The notes beneath the pieces were generated by a model. That model ran no database searches, was not told the origin of the DNA, and saw only the letters and a list, made by a program, of their open reading frames with translations. The position numbers and the translations under genes are program-made. From the NCBI GenBank assembly GCA_964016885.1, contig OZ024743.1, forward strand, positions 188,542,001 through 188,606,000: a DNA stretch of 64,000 bases, read 5' to 3'. The stretch is from Eledone cirrhosa (taxonomy: Eukaryota). Below, one piece after another: positions 40,738 to 55,822 of the stretch (within the stretch, counting starts at the first letter, position 1; every line of letters starts with the position of its first letter).

Positions 40738-41197
40738 AGTAGTAAGACGCCTCAAGCCTCCTGGCGGATAATAGCCCAAGCTAGTTGTCTCCCCCTGGTA
40801 GAGAACACCAAACTAAACACAGACAGCCACGCAAAAGCAGACGGTATACACGCCACAGAAAACCGCCTCTGTACCACGAAACGATAAACAGCCAAAGGAA
40901 CAGCAAACAGCAAACCCCACAATACCTTTGTAATTTAAAACGCTCCCATCACAACAACTGACCACGTCTATATTTGGTATGTTCCATTTGTAATATAATA
41001 AACACATATAAACAAAATAAACATCACCATTATTTACAATTATTGAATATAACTCTCGTTGTGGTTATTGTCTTGTTTACGCACACACCCACTCATTTGT
41101 TATAATTCTCACTTACAAAAATGGTAAATAGACGAGGGACCTTCCCTCACGTCTATGTCGATAAACAATCCAACTAGGATACATTCATTTTACCACA
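40738..41197 (+). repeat. 3' LTR, preceded by short PPT GGCAGGGGA
   Basis: AGTAGTAAGACGCC...TTTTACCACA; roughly 15 small differences plus one indel versus the 5' LTR (counted by eye). Confidence 0.93.
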
Positions 41198-41214
41198 CAT
41201 ACATACATACATAC

Positions 41215-41253
<39 letters not shown>

Positions 41254-41283
41254 TACATACATATATATATATACATACATATA

Positions 41284-41325
<42 letters not shown>

Positions 41326-41702
41326 CATACATATATATATATATACATACATATATATATAAACATACATATATATATATACATACATACATATATATAT
41401 ACATACATTCATATATATATATATATATATATGTGTATTCTCAGACCGGGTGATGTGTTGTTTCCTTGAGCAAGACACTTTATTTCACAGTTTACTCAGC
41501 TGTGGGAATGAGACGATAAGTCTGGGGTCCATATCATTCCACTGCCAAATGTTCATGGAAGTGCCACGGAAAAAAAGCACCCAGCACTCACTGTAAATGA
41601 AGTTGGTGTCAGGAAGGGCATCCAGCTTTAGAAATCAAGCCAGTATCAGTTCCCGTCCCACCCTTGCAGGCAGGGAAAAGCAGACGTAAAATGATGATGA
41701 TG

Positions 41703-43735
<2,033 letters not shown>

Positions 43736-43744
43736 TACTAGTAA

Positions 43745-44240
43745 ATAACTAGTAATACATACCCTTTTCAAAGACCTCACTGTATAGATAAGAAATGCAT
43801 AATCTGTAAACTAAGCCCCCATATTAACTGTAAATCTAGAAATGTAGTATATAGCATAAGATGTACTGAAGAACAATGTAAAGATAAGAATATAGTGTAC
43901 ATAGGTGAGACAGCTCGTAGTATAGGAGAACGGTTAAATGAAAACAAGATGGCGTAGGACAGAACAAAAAAGGGGCACAAAACAAAGAAAAGAATCGCAG
44001 TCAAGGGAGAGGTCACAGAATGTGTGACGAAAGAACTTTGACAATATATGAACAATCGTCTGGTTGTCGAACCAACCAACCAACCGGAAATTTATAAATT
44101 TAATTTATAATAAATTGGAGTGACACAACTGGTGCGTGTGTTTCTTATTGGCAGTATGACCCTGCCAAAGTATAACAATATCGGTTTCAACACATGTTTT
44201 CAGATAAAGAATCTTGCTAAACAAATTCAGAAAAGAAATA
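43745..44240 (+). mobile_element. PLE fragment: GIY-YIG N-half joined to pLTR, ending at (TA)n
   Basis: Not in the ORF track: frame from 43745 reads [57 protein letters not shown]; downstream GGTCACAGAATGTGTGACGAAAGAACTTTGAC and terminus match 15248-15727. Confidence 0.8.
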
Positions 44241-44269
44241 TATATATATATATATATATACATACATAT

Positions 44270-45833
44270 GCACCCAAATGCAACTGCAAAAAACGAGCCG
44301 AATGCCCACTAAACGGGGAGTGCCTCGTTAAGAACATTGTTTACCAGTGCGATGTCACAGCCGGCAATAAGGAGTACTCATATATAGGTGCGTCATCCAC
44401 TATGTTTAAGGAGCGCTGGTATAACCACAGAAGCTCCTTCAAACATAGATCGAAACGACTCCAAACAAAACTGGCCGACCTGATCTGGGACATCAAGGAC
44501 AGGAATATTGAACCCCAGATTTCGTGGTCAGTAAAAAGACGCGTGGCATTCATCCCCAGTGACAGAAACCACTGCAGATTGTGCCTAGCTGAGGCGGCGG
44601 AAATAATTAAACTTGATTCCGCCATAAACTATAGGTCGGGCATAATTGTCAATTGCAGACACACTAGGATGCACACCTTTTCTGCACAAACTTTCGTGGG
44701 GGACCACGCACTAACCATGACCCACCATAATAATAACCACATCTGCCCCGTATCACCATCGCCCATCTCAACGAACTTTAATTCTAATCTTACTTTACTT
44801 TATCTTATTTCATTGTTTTTGCATTTAACCATATGTAAGCCCGTATTTTGTATATCATGCCGCATGCATAACCCACACCAAAAATCACACTAACCATGAC
44901 ACACCATATTAATAACCACATATACCCCATCTCAACATCGCCCCTCTCAGTTAACTTATTGTATTGTACTCCATGTAACCATTTCTAAGCCCGCATTTGT
45001 ATATCATGCCGCACGCATCACCATGACCACCACCAAAATTCACATCAACATACACACCTCATCGTTGCAGTATCGTATTAGATCGGTATCCTATGATACG
45101 TTCTACCTTGCAATCCACAATGACAAGGGACCTTGTAAATACAATGTCGATCATATCACACCATCGCCACCACCACCACCACACCACACATCGTCATATG
45201 CCTACCATAAACACCTACAACCTCATCCCCCCATGTTCCCTCTGTCTACCCTAAGCTACAACCCCACGCTAAATTCGACCCTGTAATTGTACTGTCGCAC
45301 GCACACACAACCACAGCCACCACTAGATACATCCAAATACCTCAACAATCATTATCATTAACATCATCAACACATATCACCCCTCGCTCCCAGATCGACT
45401 GTATTATAGACCTCCCACCCCCCGTCTGCCTTACCCTATAACACACCGTAACCTCTGATCATGCAATCATCTTGTCGAACACATCACCCCAGCACAACCA
45501 CCATCGCCATGTCCACAACACACATCGCCGTACGTCCATAAACGCTTCTCCCCCGCGTTCCCTATGTCACCTTCTAACCGGTATTCGATCCTGTATATAT
45601 ATTTTTGTCCCTCACAACTCCACCACCACCACCACCACAAAACACAACTCCATACTTCACCAACACCAACAACGCACACCCCCACTCCCCAACCAACAAT
45701 AGCGTGTGTGTCGGTGTGTAAGTATTCTTACACATACGGACGTGGGAGTGTGCGTGCGTGCACGCATAGTTATTGTATGTGTGTGTGAGTATGTGAGCGC
45801 AGGTGTATACATGTGTGTATGTGTGGGTACGTA

Positions 45834-45890
<57 letters not shown>

Positions 45891-46077
45891 ATGTGTATGC
45901 GTATGTGTGTGTGTCTATATGTATGTGTATATATATGTGTATATGTGCACGTCTACATATAGGTATATGGGTGAATCTGACTATATGTGTGGGTGAGCTC
46001 ATGTGCGTGCATGTATATGTATATGTGCGTGTATATCTGTGTATTGTCTGTACATGAGTGTGTCTGTGTATATCTAC

Positions 46078-46147
<70 letters not shown>

Positions 46148-47150
46148 GTATGTGTGTGTGTATGTGTATATATATGTATGTGTATGTATGTGCTTGAGTA
46201 TACGTGTGTGTGAGTGAGTATGTGTATATTTCGTATACGTGAGTGTGAGTCCAGGTGCCCATACCCATATGTATGTATGGGTACATGTATGTGTATGTAT
46301 GTATGTAAAACACCTACATTGCTTGTCACCTTCCCCCTCTCTCCGTCGTTTGCCACCCCCAACGGTACTCCCCCACTCTCCATATTCGTACCCGTACGCG
46401 CACACTCACATACATGTGTGTACATATACATATGACCGTGTGTGAGCGTGTGTCGATATGTGTGGGCAGGGATGTGCGTGTGTGCTGTGTGGCGGGTGTG
46501 TTTATACAACAATATGTGTGCACATATATACCTATATGTGTGTGCGTATACGTATATACAAAGCATCTGCCAGACGATGAGCGACTAGCTATGTATCTAG
46601 GTAATGACCTTGACGCCACCAACACATCCGCCACACCACCGCAAACGCCACAACCATAGACAGCGGCACCAATACCACACCCCCACACACACGCCAACCC
46701 GTCTACTGACAACCACACTAACCTCATACCACAGCTCATCCCACTAAGCAACAATAACCACCAAAATATCATAACATCCACCCCCATATACTCTACACGC
46801 CAAGGCCAAACAACCACCACCACACCCCAGCCCATCTCATCCACCCATCGTCACTAACATCTCACCATCACACCCACCCCCATATACACTACAGGCCAGT
46901 ACATCGCCTTGACCCTTCACACCAATCAAAACAACTCATGTTGTCAAACTCTTGAATATCTGACTTTATCACATAGCATGTATTTCATTTTCTTATAGCA
47001 TTGTAGGAAGGTCCGTCGAGCTGCGGATTATTGAGTCGGGTAGTATCGATATAGATCGAACCTTGAGCTGATCAGTGGCGAAACGTGCGTCACCTATCAA
47101 TGAATGCAATGAAGGAATAATCAATCGTCCTTTTTATCCTTTCTACATAC
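44270..47150 (+). mobile_element. 5'-truncated Naiad-type PLE: GIY-YIG domain, long microsatellite-rich 3' region and terminal HHR-like motif (continuity across the interval inferred)
   Basis: CNCKKRAECPLNGECLVKNIVYQC..YIGASSTMFKERWYNHRSSF..TKLADLIWDIK..ISW..CRLCLAEA..INYRS..CRH; about 180-bp tandem duplication at 44709-45020. Confidence 0.75.
47009..47095 (+). ncRNA. Hammerhead-like motif with degenerate core
   Basis: AGGT-CCGTCGA-GCTGC...GTGGC-GAAA-CGTGCG-TC-ACCT; stems I and II pair, core differs from CTGANGA at positions 4 and 6. Confidence 0.5.
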
Positions 47151-47637
47151 ACATATATATATATATACCCCATTCTCTCTGTTTCTCCCCCTCTGTCATG
47201 TCAGTTAACTCTTCCTCACACTTTCACTCACTCACTGTTTCTCTCTCTTCTCTTCATTTCATCCTGTACACCACGAAGGCAATTTTTCTCTCTCCGCACA
47301 TAGCCTTCGCTCGTGTCGGGTCTGTTCTAAAAGCGCTCATATATTCACCTAGCTTATGCTAAACAGAATAATTTTTGAAGCTTGTTTCTTTCCCCTGGTT
47401 AGCCATACTCTTTGTTGTTCTCCTGTCTCACTCGCTTTACGCGTTTTAATTGTCCTAATAACTTATTTTGGTTATTATTGCACCGACGTGAGGTATATGA
47501 TTTTTAATGCAATGAAATAGCTATGATCGTCGGCAAATCACTGAAGAGGGACTCATTTTATTACATGTTATCCATGTGCTACCTGCAGTATTTTTCTCTC
47601 TCTATATATATATACACATACATATATATATATATAT

Positions 47638-47779
<142 letters not shown>

Positions 47780-47915
47780 AGTGTAATTTTCTACACAAAA
47801 CGAAGGTTATAGAGAAAATTGAGGTTGGTAATGGCACATGGAATATATAAGAGACAGAATACTTTTTTGTGAAAATACATAATTTTATAAGGTAAGGAAA
47901 TAATAAAGGGTATAA

Positions 47916-47963
47916 AAAATGACCGGTTTCGATGGGTCTGCAAAAGCCATCTTTTCAAATGTT
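47916..47963 (-). ncRNA. Minimal hammerhead motif, U3-A8 variant (left arm)
   Basis: Reverse complement of 53674-53721 with one loop substitution. Confidence 0.6.
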
Positions 47964-48411
47964 GATTAATATTAAGAAAAATTAATAATACGAAGAGTTA
48001 AAATTTGAGACTTGAAAATTCAAGTATAAAATTCATTGTGGGATTTCATAGCAGTTTTCATCTAGGTAGCAACAACAGGTTGACTGCTGTGTCCCTTTCT
48101 GGTAGTGAATGAGAAGTTATTTGGGGTGTGGGTTATTTTATAAAGGTCAGATTTAGCAATCACCAACTGGCCAGCTGCTGGTCAGTGAGGGGGTGGAAGC
48201 AATATACATACACATATCTTCCTGTGATGGGTAGGAGAGTGGAGCGTGATAGAAAGGGATTTAGTGCACTTACACCTATATATACACACATACCTTCCTC
48301 CACACATACATACATATACATATACATATATATATATATACATATACACACATACATACACACACACATACATATACATACACACATACACACACACACA
48401 TATATACACAT

Positions 48412-48456
<45 letters not shown>

Positions 48457-48519
48457 TATATATACATACACATACATCCAGATACACACATACATACACA
48501 CACACACACATATATATAT

Positions 48520-48563
<44 letters not shown>

Positions 48564-49139
48564 CCACACATACATACACACACACACACATATATATATA
48601 CATACACACATACAAACATACACACACACACACATATATATGCACACATACACACACATATATATACACACACACACACGCATATATATATATATATACA
48701 CATACGCATACATCCAGATACCCACATACATACACACACACACACAATACATACATCCACATGCACACACATACACACATATACACATACATACACCCAC
48801 ACACAGAGAAATGGCCTTCAAATATATATATATATATATACATACAGACACATATATTTTTTCCATAATATAAGAAGTTGGGGCAGTGAAATTAAAATAC
48901 AAGTCATTCTGATCACATTGAGTTCTTCATGTAGATTGGGCCCCGCAACCGACAGTGGTGAATTCTGTGTGCGCATATATATATAGATATATGTGTGTGC
49001 ACGTGCAGGGTTTAACATGGATGTGTTGGTCACACAAAGGCATGGTCTGTCAATGAATAAACCTGATTCTACAGAATTGGTCTCTGGTCTTTAATAGTAG
49101 TGATTCCGTGCGTATGTGTGTTTATATTTTATGACAATT

Positions 49140-50351
49140 CTATTGGGGTGATAACCCGTTTAGTTTTGGTTTAAATTTGTTAAGGAATAGATTTTCTTTG
49201 TTTATTCTTTGTTGTTGTGTGAACGAATCTGAGCACTTGTAGAAGGGGAAGATTTTAAAGTTGGGTAGTGTCATTCCTGCGCAGTTCGCAATATGGCTGC
49301 TCAAGGGGATTTTTCTTGTGTTAGCGTCCCGGATTTGTTGGCGGTGGATGGTCATTCTTTTGCGTAATGAGGTGCCCGTCTGTCCTATGTAGTTGTGTGT
49401 GCACCCACCGCAAGTTATTGCGTAAATCAAGTTCTCCGAGTTGCAGGTGAAATTGTTTTTTACTGTAAATGTTTGGCCATCTTTGAATGTAAATGTTTGT
49501 CCTTCAGTGAGGTAGAAGCACGTTCCACAGTTTGTTCTACCACATTTGGTAACTGTAGGGTTGAGGATTGGTTTGGGTATATTTGGTCCAGTGAGAATGC
49601 GTTTAAGTGATTTGGGTTGTCTTTTACTTTTAAGGATCTTGTGTGTTTCAAGAATAGACTTCATTTTTACATCTTTAAGTAGGATGGGGAGGTTTTTGTG
49701 TAGGTGATCAAACATTTCGGTATTTCTGGGGTTGAAAGTGGATACATATGGCAGGGTGTTGAGTGTGGTTTTCTGTTTTGGATTGTTAAGTTGATGGGGA
49801 TTTAGGTGTTTTGCCCTGTCTATTCCATTGTTGATTATTTCAAGTGGAAAGGCTCTTAAGATAAGGGTGTCTTTTAGTTCCTTTAGTCTTTGCTCCCGTT
49901 TAGGTGGATCTGATACTATGGTACATATACGTTTGGCCAAATTGTAAGGAATGTTAAGTTTTGTATGTTTTGGGTGACTTGATGTGAAAAAGAGGTATTG
50001 CTTGGAATCTGTGGGTTTATAGAATATATCTGTATCTAATTTCCCGTCTATTACAGAGATGAGAATATCCAAGAAGGCTAATTCCTTAGGATTGGATTCC
50101 ATTGTGAATTGTATGTTATTATCTATGTTGTTTATCATGTTTTTAAACGTAGTAAGTGAGTTCATGTCTTCTTGCCATAGGATAAAGCAGTCGTCTAGAT
50201 ATCTTTTCCAATTGGCTTTGAGGTGTGTGTGGAAAGAGTCTCCAAATAAGAGAAGGGACTGACTGTATATTTGTTGCTCATGGAATCCCATGACTAGGTT
50301 GGCATATGTGGGTGCTACTTTCGTGCCCATTGCCGTACCTGATACTTGTCT
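49140..50351 (-). pseudogene. Inverted 5'-truncated copy of the PLE ORF (RT C-half plus GIY-YIG)
   Basis: Same protein as 50306-52447 from RQVSGTAMG onward except 4 residues (FPL/FPF, LNP/LNL, TGP/TGQ, CFY/CLY). Confidence 0.92.
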
Positions 50352-52447
50352 TCCACAACGACACCAACACTGAAGACGAATCACTGGTTAGAAATAAAAG
50401 CAATTTCTGCCCACAAAAGGGAAGAAATAAAGCACTGGACACGTACTGCGAACACATCACCAACTTACCCTATGAAAAAATTACAAATAAACACACGAAA
50501 TCAAACCTATCTACACACGAATGGGAAGAATTATTCACACTTAGAAACAACCCTGAGATAACTATCAAAGAAGCCGATAAAGGCAGTACTGTTGTCATTA
50601 TGAATACGGACTACTATAGGACCCTCGCACTTAACATTTTAGAAAACAACACATACTATGAAAAAACAGAAAACTACAAACACACCAAAACAATGGGGAA
50701 CCTTTTGACCTTACTGAATAAATACCGCAACAGCTTAACCACAAAAGAGTTTAACTATATAAGCCACTTCAAATGCAATACAAGCTCTTTTTACGGCTTA
50801 CCGAAACTTCACATATGTAAACCCATAAACGATGCATGTGACACCTCAACCAACAATTACATTGAACTAACACCACCAGAAGACCTAAAACTCAGGCCAA
50901 TTATAGCAGGCCCTACATGTGAAACCCACAGATTTAGCAACTTTCTGGACATCCTACTGAAACCCTTTCTACAACATGTACAGAGCTACATACGAGATGA
51001 CCTTGACATGCTGAAACACCTCCCTAAAACAGTAAGTGCAAATACAATTCTTGTCTCCTTTGACGTAATAAACCTCTACACAAACATACCTCACAACTAT
51101 GGAATAACAGCAGTCCAATACTGGCTTAACACACACCCATCAGAAATACCGACACGCATCAACACAGATTTTATCACTGACGGACTCCGCTTTATCCTAC
51201 AAAATAACTACTTCACATTCAATGGTTCAACATACAGACAAGTATCAGGTACGGCAATGGGCACGAAAGTAGCACCCACATATGCCAACCTAGTCATGGG
51301 ATTCCATGAGCAACAAATATACAGTCAGTCCCTTCTCTTATTTGGAGACTCTTTCCACACACACCTCAAAGCCAATTGGAAAAGATATCTAGACGACTGC
51401 TTTATCCTATGGCAAGAAGACATGAACTCACTTACTACGTTTAAAAACATGATAAACAACATAGATAATAACATACAATTCACAATGGAATCCAATCCTA
51501 AGGAATTAGCCTTCTTGGATATTCTCATCTCTGTAATAGACGGGAAATTAGATACAGATATATTCTATAAACCCACAGATTCCAAGCAATACCTCTTTTT
51601 CACATCAAGTCACCCAAAACATACAAAACTTAACATTCCTTACAATTTGGCCAAACGTATATGTACCATAGTATCAGATCCACCTAAACGGGAGCAAAGA
51701 CTAAAGGAACTAAAAGACACCCTTATCTTAAGAGCCTTTCCATTTGAAATAATCAACAATGGAATAGACAGGGCAAAACACCTAAATCTCCATCAACTTA
51801 ACAATCCAAAACAGAAAACCACACTCAACACCCTGCCATATGTATCCACTTTCAACCCCAGAAATACCGAAATGTTTGATCACCTACACAAAAACCTCCC
51901 CATCCTACTTAAAGATGTAAAAATGAAGTCTATTCTTGAAACACACAAGATCCTTAAAAGTAAAAGACAACCCAAATCACTTAAACGCATTCTCACTGGA
52001 CAAAATATACCCAAACCAATCCTCAACCCTACAGTTACCAAATGTGGTAGAACAAACTGTGGAACGTGCCTCTACCTCACTGAAGGACAAACATTTACAT
52101 TCAAAGATGGCCAAACATTTACAGTAAAAAACAATTTCACCTGCAACTCGGAGAACTTGATTTACGCAATAACTTGCGGTGGGTGCACACACAACTACAT
52201 AGGACAGACGGGCACCTCATTACGCAAAAGAATGACCATCCACCGCCAACAAATCCGGGACGCTAACACAAGAAAAATCCCCTTGAGCAGCCATATTGCG
52301 AACTGCGCAGGAATGACACTACCCAACTTTAAAATCTTCCCCTTCTACAAGTGCTCAGATTCGTTCACACAACAACAAAGAATAAACAAAGAAAATCTAT
52401 TCCTTAACAAATTTAAACCAAAACTAAACGGGTTATCACCCCAATAG
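50306..52447 (+). CDS. Penelope-like RT plus C-terminal GIY-YIG endonuclease (Neptune type), N-terminally truncated
   Basis: EADKGSTVVIM, FYGLPKLH, LRPIIA, SFDVINLYTNIP, GTAMGTKVAPTYANL, KRYLDDCF, FLDI, YKPTD, SSHP; linker Cx4Cx2C; NLIYAITCGGC..YIGQT..RMTIH..SSH. Confidence 0.93.
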   Translation: MWVLLSCPLPYLILVFHNDTNTEDESLVRNKSNFCPQKGRNKALDTYCEHITNLPYEKITNKHTKSNLSTHEWEELFTLRNNPEITIKEADKGSTVVIMNTDYYRTLALNILENNTYYEKTENYKHTKTMGNLLTLLNKYRNSLTTKEFNYISHFKCNTSSFYGLPKLHICKPINDACDTSTNNYIELTPPEDLKLRPIIAGPTCETHRFSNFLDILLKPFLQHVQSYIRDDLDMLKHLPKTVSANTILVSFDVINLYTNIPHNYGITAVQYWLNTHPSEIPTRINTDFITDGLRFILQNNYFTFNGSTYRQVSGTAMGTKVAPTYANLVMGFHEQQIYSQSLLLFGDSFHTHLKANWKRYLDDCFILWQEDMNSLTTFKNMINNIDNNIQFTMESNPKELAFLDILISVIDGKLDTDIFYKPTDSKQYLFFTSSHPKHTKLNIPYNLAKRICTIVSDPPKREQRLKELKDTLILRAFPFEIINNGIDRAKHLNLHQLNNPKQKTTLNTLPYVSTFNPRNTEMFDHLHKNLPILLKDVKMKSILETHKILKSKRQPKSLKRILTGQNIPKPILNPTVTKCGRTNCGTCLYLTEGQTFTFKDGQTFTVKNNFTCNSENLIYAITCGGCTHNYIGQTGTSLRKRMTIHRQQIRDANTRKIPLSSHIANCAGMTLPNFKIFPFYKCSDSFTQQQRINKENLFLNKFKPKLNGLSPQ

Positions 52448-52799
52448 ATGTGTCATAAAATATAAACACACATACGCACGGAATCACTACTATTAAAGAC
52501 CAGAGACCAATTCTGTAGAATCAGGTTTATTCATTGACAGACCATGCCTTTGTGTGACCAACACATCCATGTTAAACCCTGCACGTGCACACACATATAT
52601 CTATATATATATGCGCACACAGAATTCACCACTGTCGGTTGCGGGGCCCAATCTACATGAAGAACTCAATGTGATCAGAATGACTTGTATTTTAATTTCA
52701 CTGCCCCAACTTCTTATATTATGGAAAAAATATATGTGTCTGTATGTATATATATATATATATATTTGAAGGCCATTTCTCTGTGTGTGGGTGTATGTA

Positions 52800-52831
<32 letters not shown>

Positions 52832-53045
52832 CATGTGGATGTATGTATTGTGTGTGCGTGTGTGTGTGTGTGTGTATGTATGTGGGTATCTGGATGTATG
52901 CGTATGTGTATATATATATATATATATGCGTGTGTGTGTGTGTGTGTATATATATGTGTGTGTATGTGTGTATATATATGTGTGTGTGTATGTTTGTATG
53001 TGTGTATGTATATATATATGTGTGTGTGTGTGTATGTATGTGTGG

Positions 53046-53081
<36 letters not shown>

Positions 53082-53158
53082 GTGTGTGTATATATATATG
53101 TGTGTGTGTGTGTGCGTGTATGTCTGTGTGTATCTGGATGTATATGTATGTATATATA

Positions 53159-53209
<51 letters not shown>

Positions 53210-53274
53210 ATGTGTATATATGTGTGTGTGTGTATGTGTGTATGTATATGTATGTGTGTGTGTATGTATGTGTG

Positions 53275-53317
<43 letters not shown>

Positions 53318-53673
53318 GTATATGTATGTATGTGTGGATGAAGGTATGTGTGTATATATAGGTGTAAGTGCACTGAATCACTTTCTATCACGCTCCACTC
53401 TCCTACCCATCACAGGAAGATATGTGTATGTATATTGCTTCCACCCCCTCACTGACCAGCAGCTGGCCAGTTGGTGATTGCTAAATCTGACCTTTATAAA
53501 ATAACCCACACCCCAAATAACTTCTCATTCACTACCAGAAAGGGACACAGCAGTCAACCTGTTGTTGCTACCTAGATGAAAACTGCTATGAAATCCCACA
53601 ATGAATTTTATACTTGAATTTTCAAGTCTCAAATTTTAACTCTTCGTATTATTAATTTTTCTTAATATTAATC

Positions 53674-53721
53674 AACATTTGAAAAGATGGCTTTTACAGA
53701 CCCATCGAAACCGGTCATTTT
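53674..53721 (+). ncRNA. Minimal hammerhead motif, U3-A8 variant
   Basis: AACAT-TTGAAAA-GATGG cttttacagac CCATC-GAAA-CCGG-TC-ATTTT; palindromic CCGG, GUC triplet; stem I weak. Confidence 0.62.
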
Positions 53722-53826
53722 TTATACCCTTTATTATTTCCTTACCTTATAAAATTATGTTTTTTCACAAAAAAGTATTCTGTCTCTTATATATTCCATG
53801 TGCCATTACCAACCTCAATTTTCTCT

Positions 53827-53902
53827 CTCTCTCTCTCTCTATATATATATACAGATACATATATATATATATATATACACATACATATATATATATATAT
53901 AT

Positions 53903-53971
<69 letters not shown>

Positions 53972-54030
53972 CATATATATATATATACACATACATATAT
54001 ATATATATACACATACATATATATATATAT

Positions 54031-54119
<89 letters not shown>

Positions 54120-54208
54120 TATATATATATACATATATACATATATATATATATACACACACACACATATATATATATACATATATACATATATTTATAT
54201 ATATATAT

Positions 54209-54255
<47 letters not shown>

Positions 54256-54270
54256 TATATATATATATAT

Positions 54271-54315
<45 letters not shown>

Positions 54316-54346
54316 TATATATATATACATATATATATATATACAC

Positions 54347-54379
<33 letters not shown>

Positions 54380-54438
54380 TATATATATATACACACATAT
54401 ATATATATATACATACACACATATATATATATCTATAC

Positions 54439-54469
<31 letters not shown>

Positions 54470-54488
54470 CATACATATATATATATAT
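53827..54488. repeat. (CT)n then compound (TA)n/(CA)n field
   Basis: Direct reading. Confidence 0.95.
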
Positions 54489-55570
54489 GAAGAAGTGCAT
54501 CATCGCGGTACAAACCACCATTGAGGTAAGGGAGGTCCTTATGGATTTCATTGAGAAGGTATAGGCCGACCAAATCAGTGACCTGCGCTGAGTCACTAGA
54601 TCCCATGGTTATGTCGTAGTTGTTGTGCGTATCCTTGCGTGTCCATAGTTGGTCCTCGAAGGTGATTATGGTTTTCCGGGCCGCAAGGATGACATCAATC
54701 TGGGCTCTAGTCAGGTCGCTATTGTTCATGGCCATGATAAGTGCCTTATTTAATAGGATAGGGGAAATAGAGGTGTAATATGAATTGATATCAAATTGAA
54801 TAAATTTTTTGTCCTTATTATTCTTTATATCTTTGAACCATTCAATCACTTCACCCGTATTTCCCCATTGTTTAAGGTGTATCTTGTGTTTAATTTGTGG
54901 GATGATTTTATCCAAAATCTTCTTGCTGATAATACCAATGTCGGACTTGGAAGGGAAGATAAGTCTTATCGAGGGGTTGCTGATGAAGTCCTCCTTATGG
55001 TCCTTCAGAGAGAATCTAGGGGGGGTTTGGGGTGAATGGTTGTGTATGCCTCTGAAGTCCTAGTTTAGACACTATATTATATCCCTCTATATTAATATCT
55101 TCTAAGCTTTTCAAGGTGGTTTTTTTGTAGCTTTTATGTAGTTCATTATATATAAACTTTCTATAAGTATTATAATCTAGGCTGTATATGTTATTAGTTT
55201 TATCTGCGTGTACAATAATTTTATTACTAGTTTTGAATCCATTAATAGAGGTGTTAAGTTTGTTTAAGAAGGTGTTGCTTCTAATATGGTGCTTATTGTA
55301 TTTAATGTTCTTAACTAGTTTAACTAGGTCATTTTCAAAGGAGTTAAGTAGTGTGTTATGAGGGGGGCTTTTAAAGGTTTTAAAGCCGAAGGAGTAAAAT
55401 TTGTTAGTTTTATTCACGTTGTTAGATCTGTTTCTATCATAATGGAATGTCCTCCATCTCACTCAATTGATAAATGAATTTACACTGTTGATTAGCAATT
55501 TCTCATATGTATTCCTGGATGGTATTGGTATGTTCTTGGTTGACATGGGGAGTTGGTCTTTGATTAGCAT
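54489..55570 (-). pseudogene. Naiad-type PLE ORF N-terminus through the RT catalytic motif; TGA at 55463-55465, frameshift in the G-run near 55020
   Basis: STKNIPIPSRNTYEKLLI..*VRWR; FGFKT; FENDL; HADKTNNIY; LKDHKEDF; RLIFPSKSDIGIISK; FIQFDINSYYTSI; [14 protein letters not shown]; GLYRDDAL. Confidence 0.88.
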
Positions 55571-55822
55571 ATTGGTAATATTATATGTCAGCTCAACAAT
55601 ATGGCGCAGTTAATAGTAATAATTATACTATTTATGGTTATGTAAATACAAAGACCTTAAGCAGTTATATGTATTTTTTATACAAACCCTAAATAGTGGT
55701 AGGCAGTAATGTATTACTACCTTATTACCAGTAACTTAAGTAGCTCAATGTAAAAACATCAGATGATTTACAGAGCAGTTATATGAAATATAAGAATCAA
55801 AGAACTGTTCAAAACATTATTG

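Larger units (their letters stand above)
35527..41197 (+). mobile_element. Full-length Ty3/Gypsy LTR retrotransposon, CsRn1/Kabuki-type, disrupted
   Basis: Paired LTRs, PBS, PPT, gag-PR-RT-RH-IN order, CHCC Gag motif, 4-bp CATA on both sides within a (CATA)n tract. Confidence 0.95.

Noticed and set aside
55463-55465. In-frame TGA in a Naiad-type ORF as possible selenocysteine (some Naiads encode selenoproteins)
   Set aside because: It falls at the Arg position of the usual RMRW motif, consistent with CGA-to-TGA decay; no convincing SECIS was seen after the stop at 56518, and the Cys positions use TGY codons.
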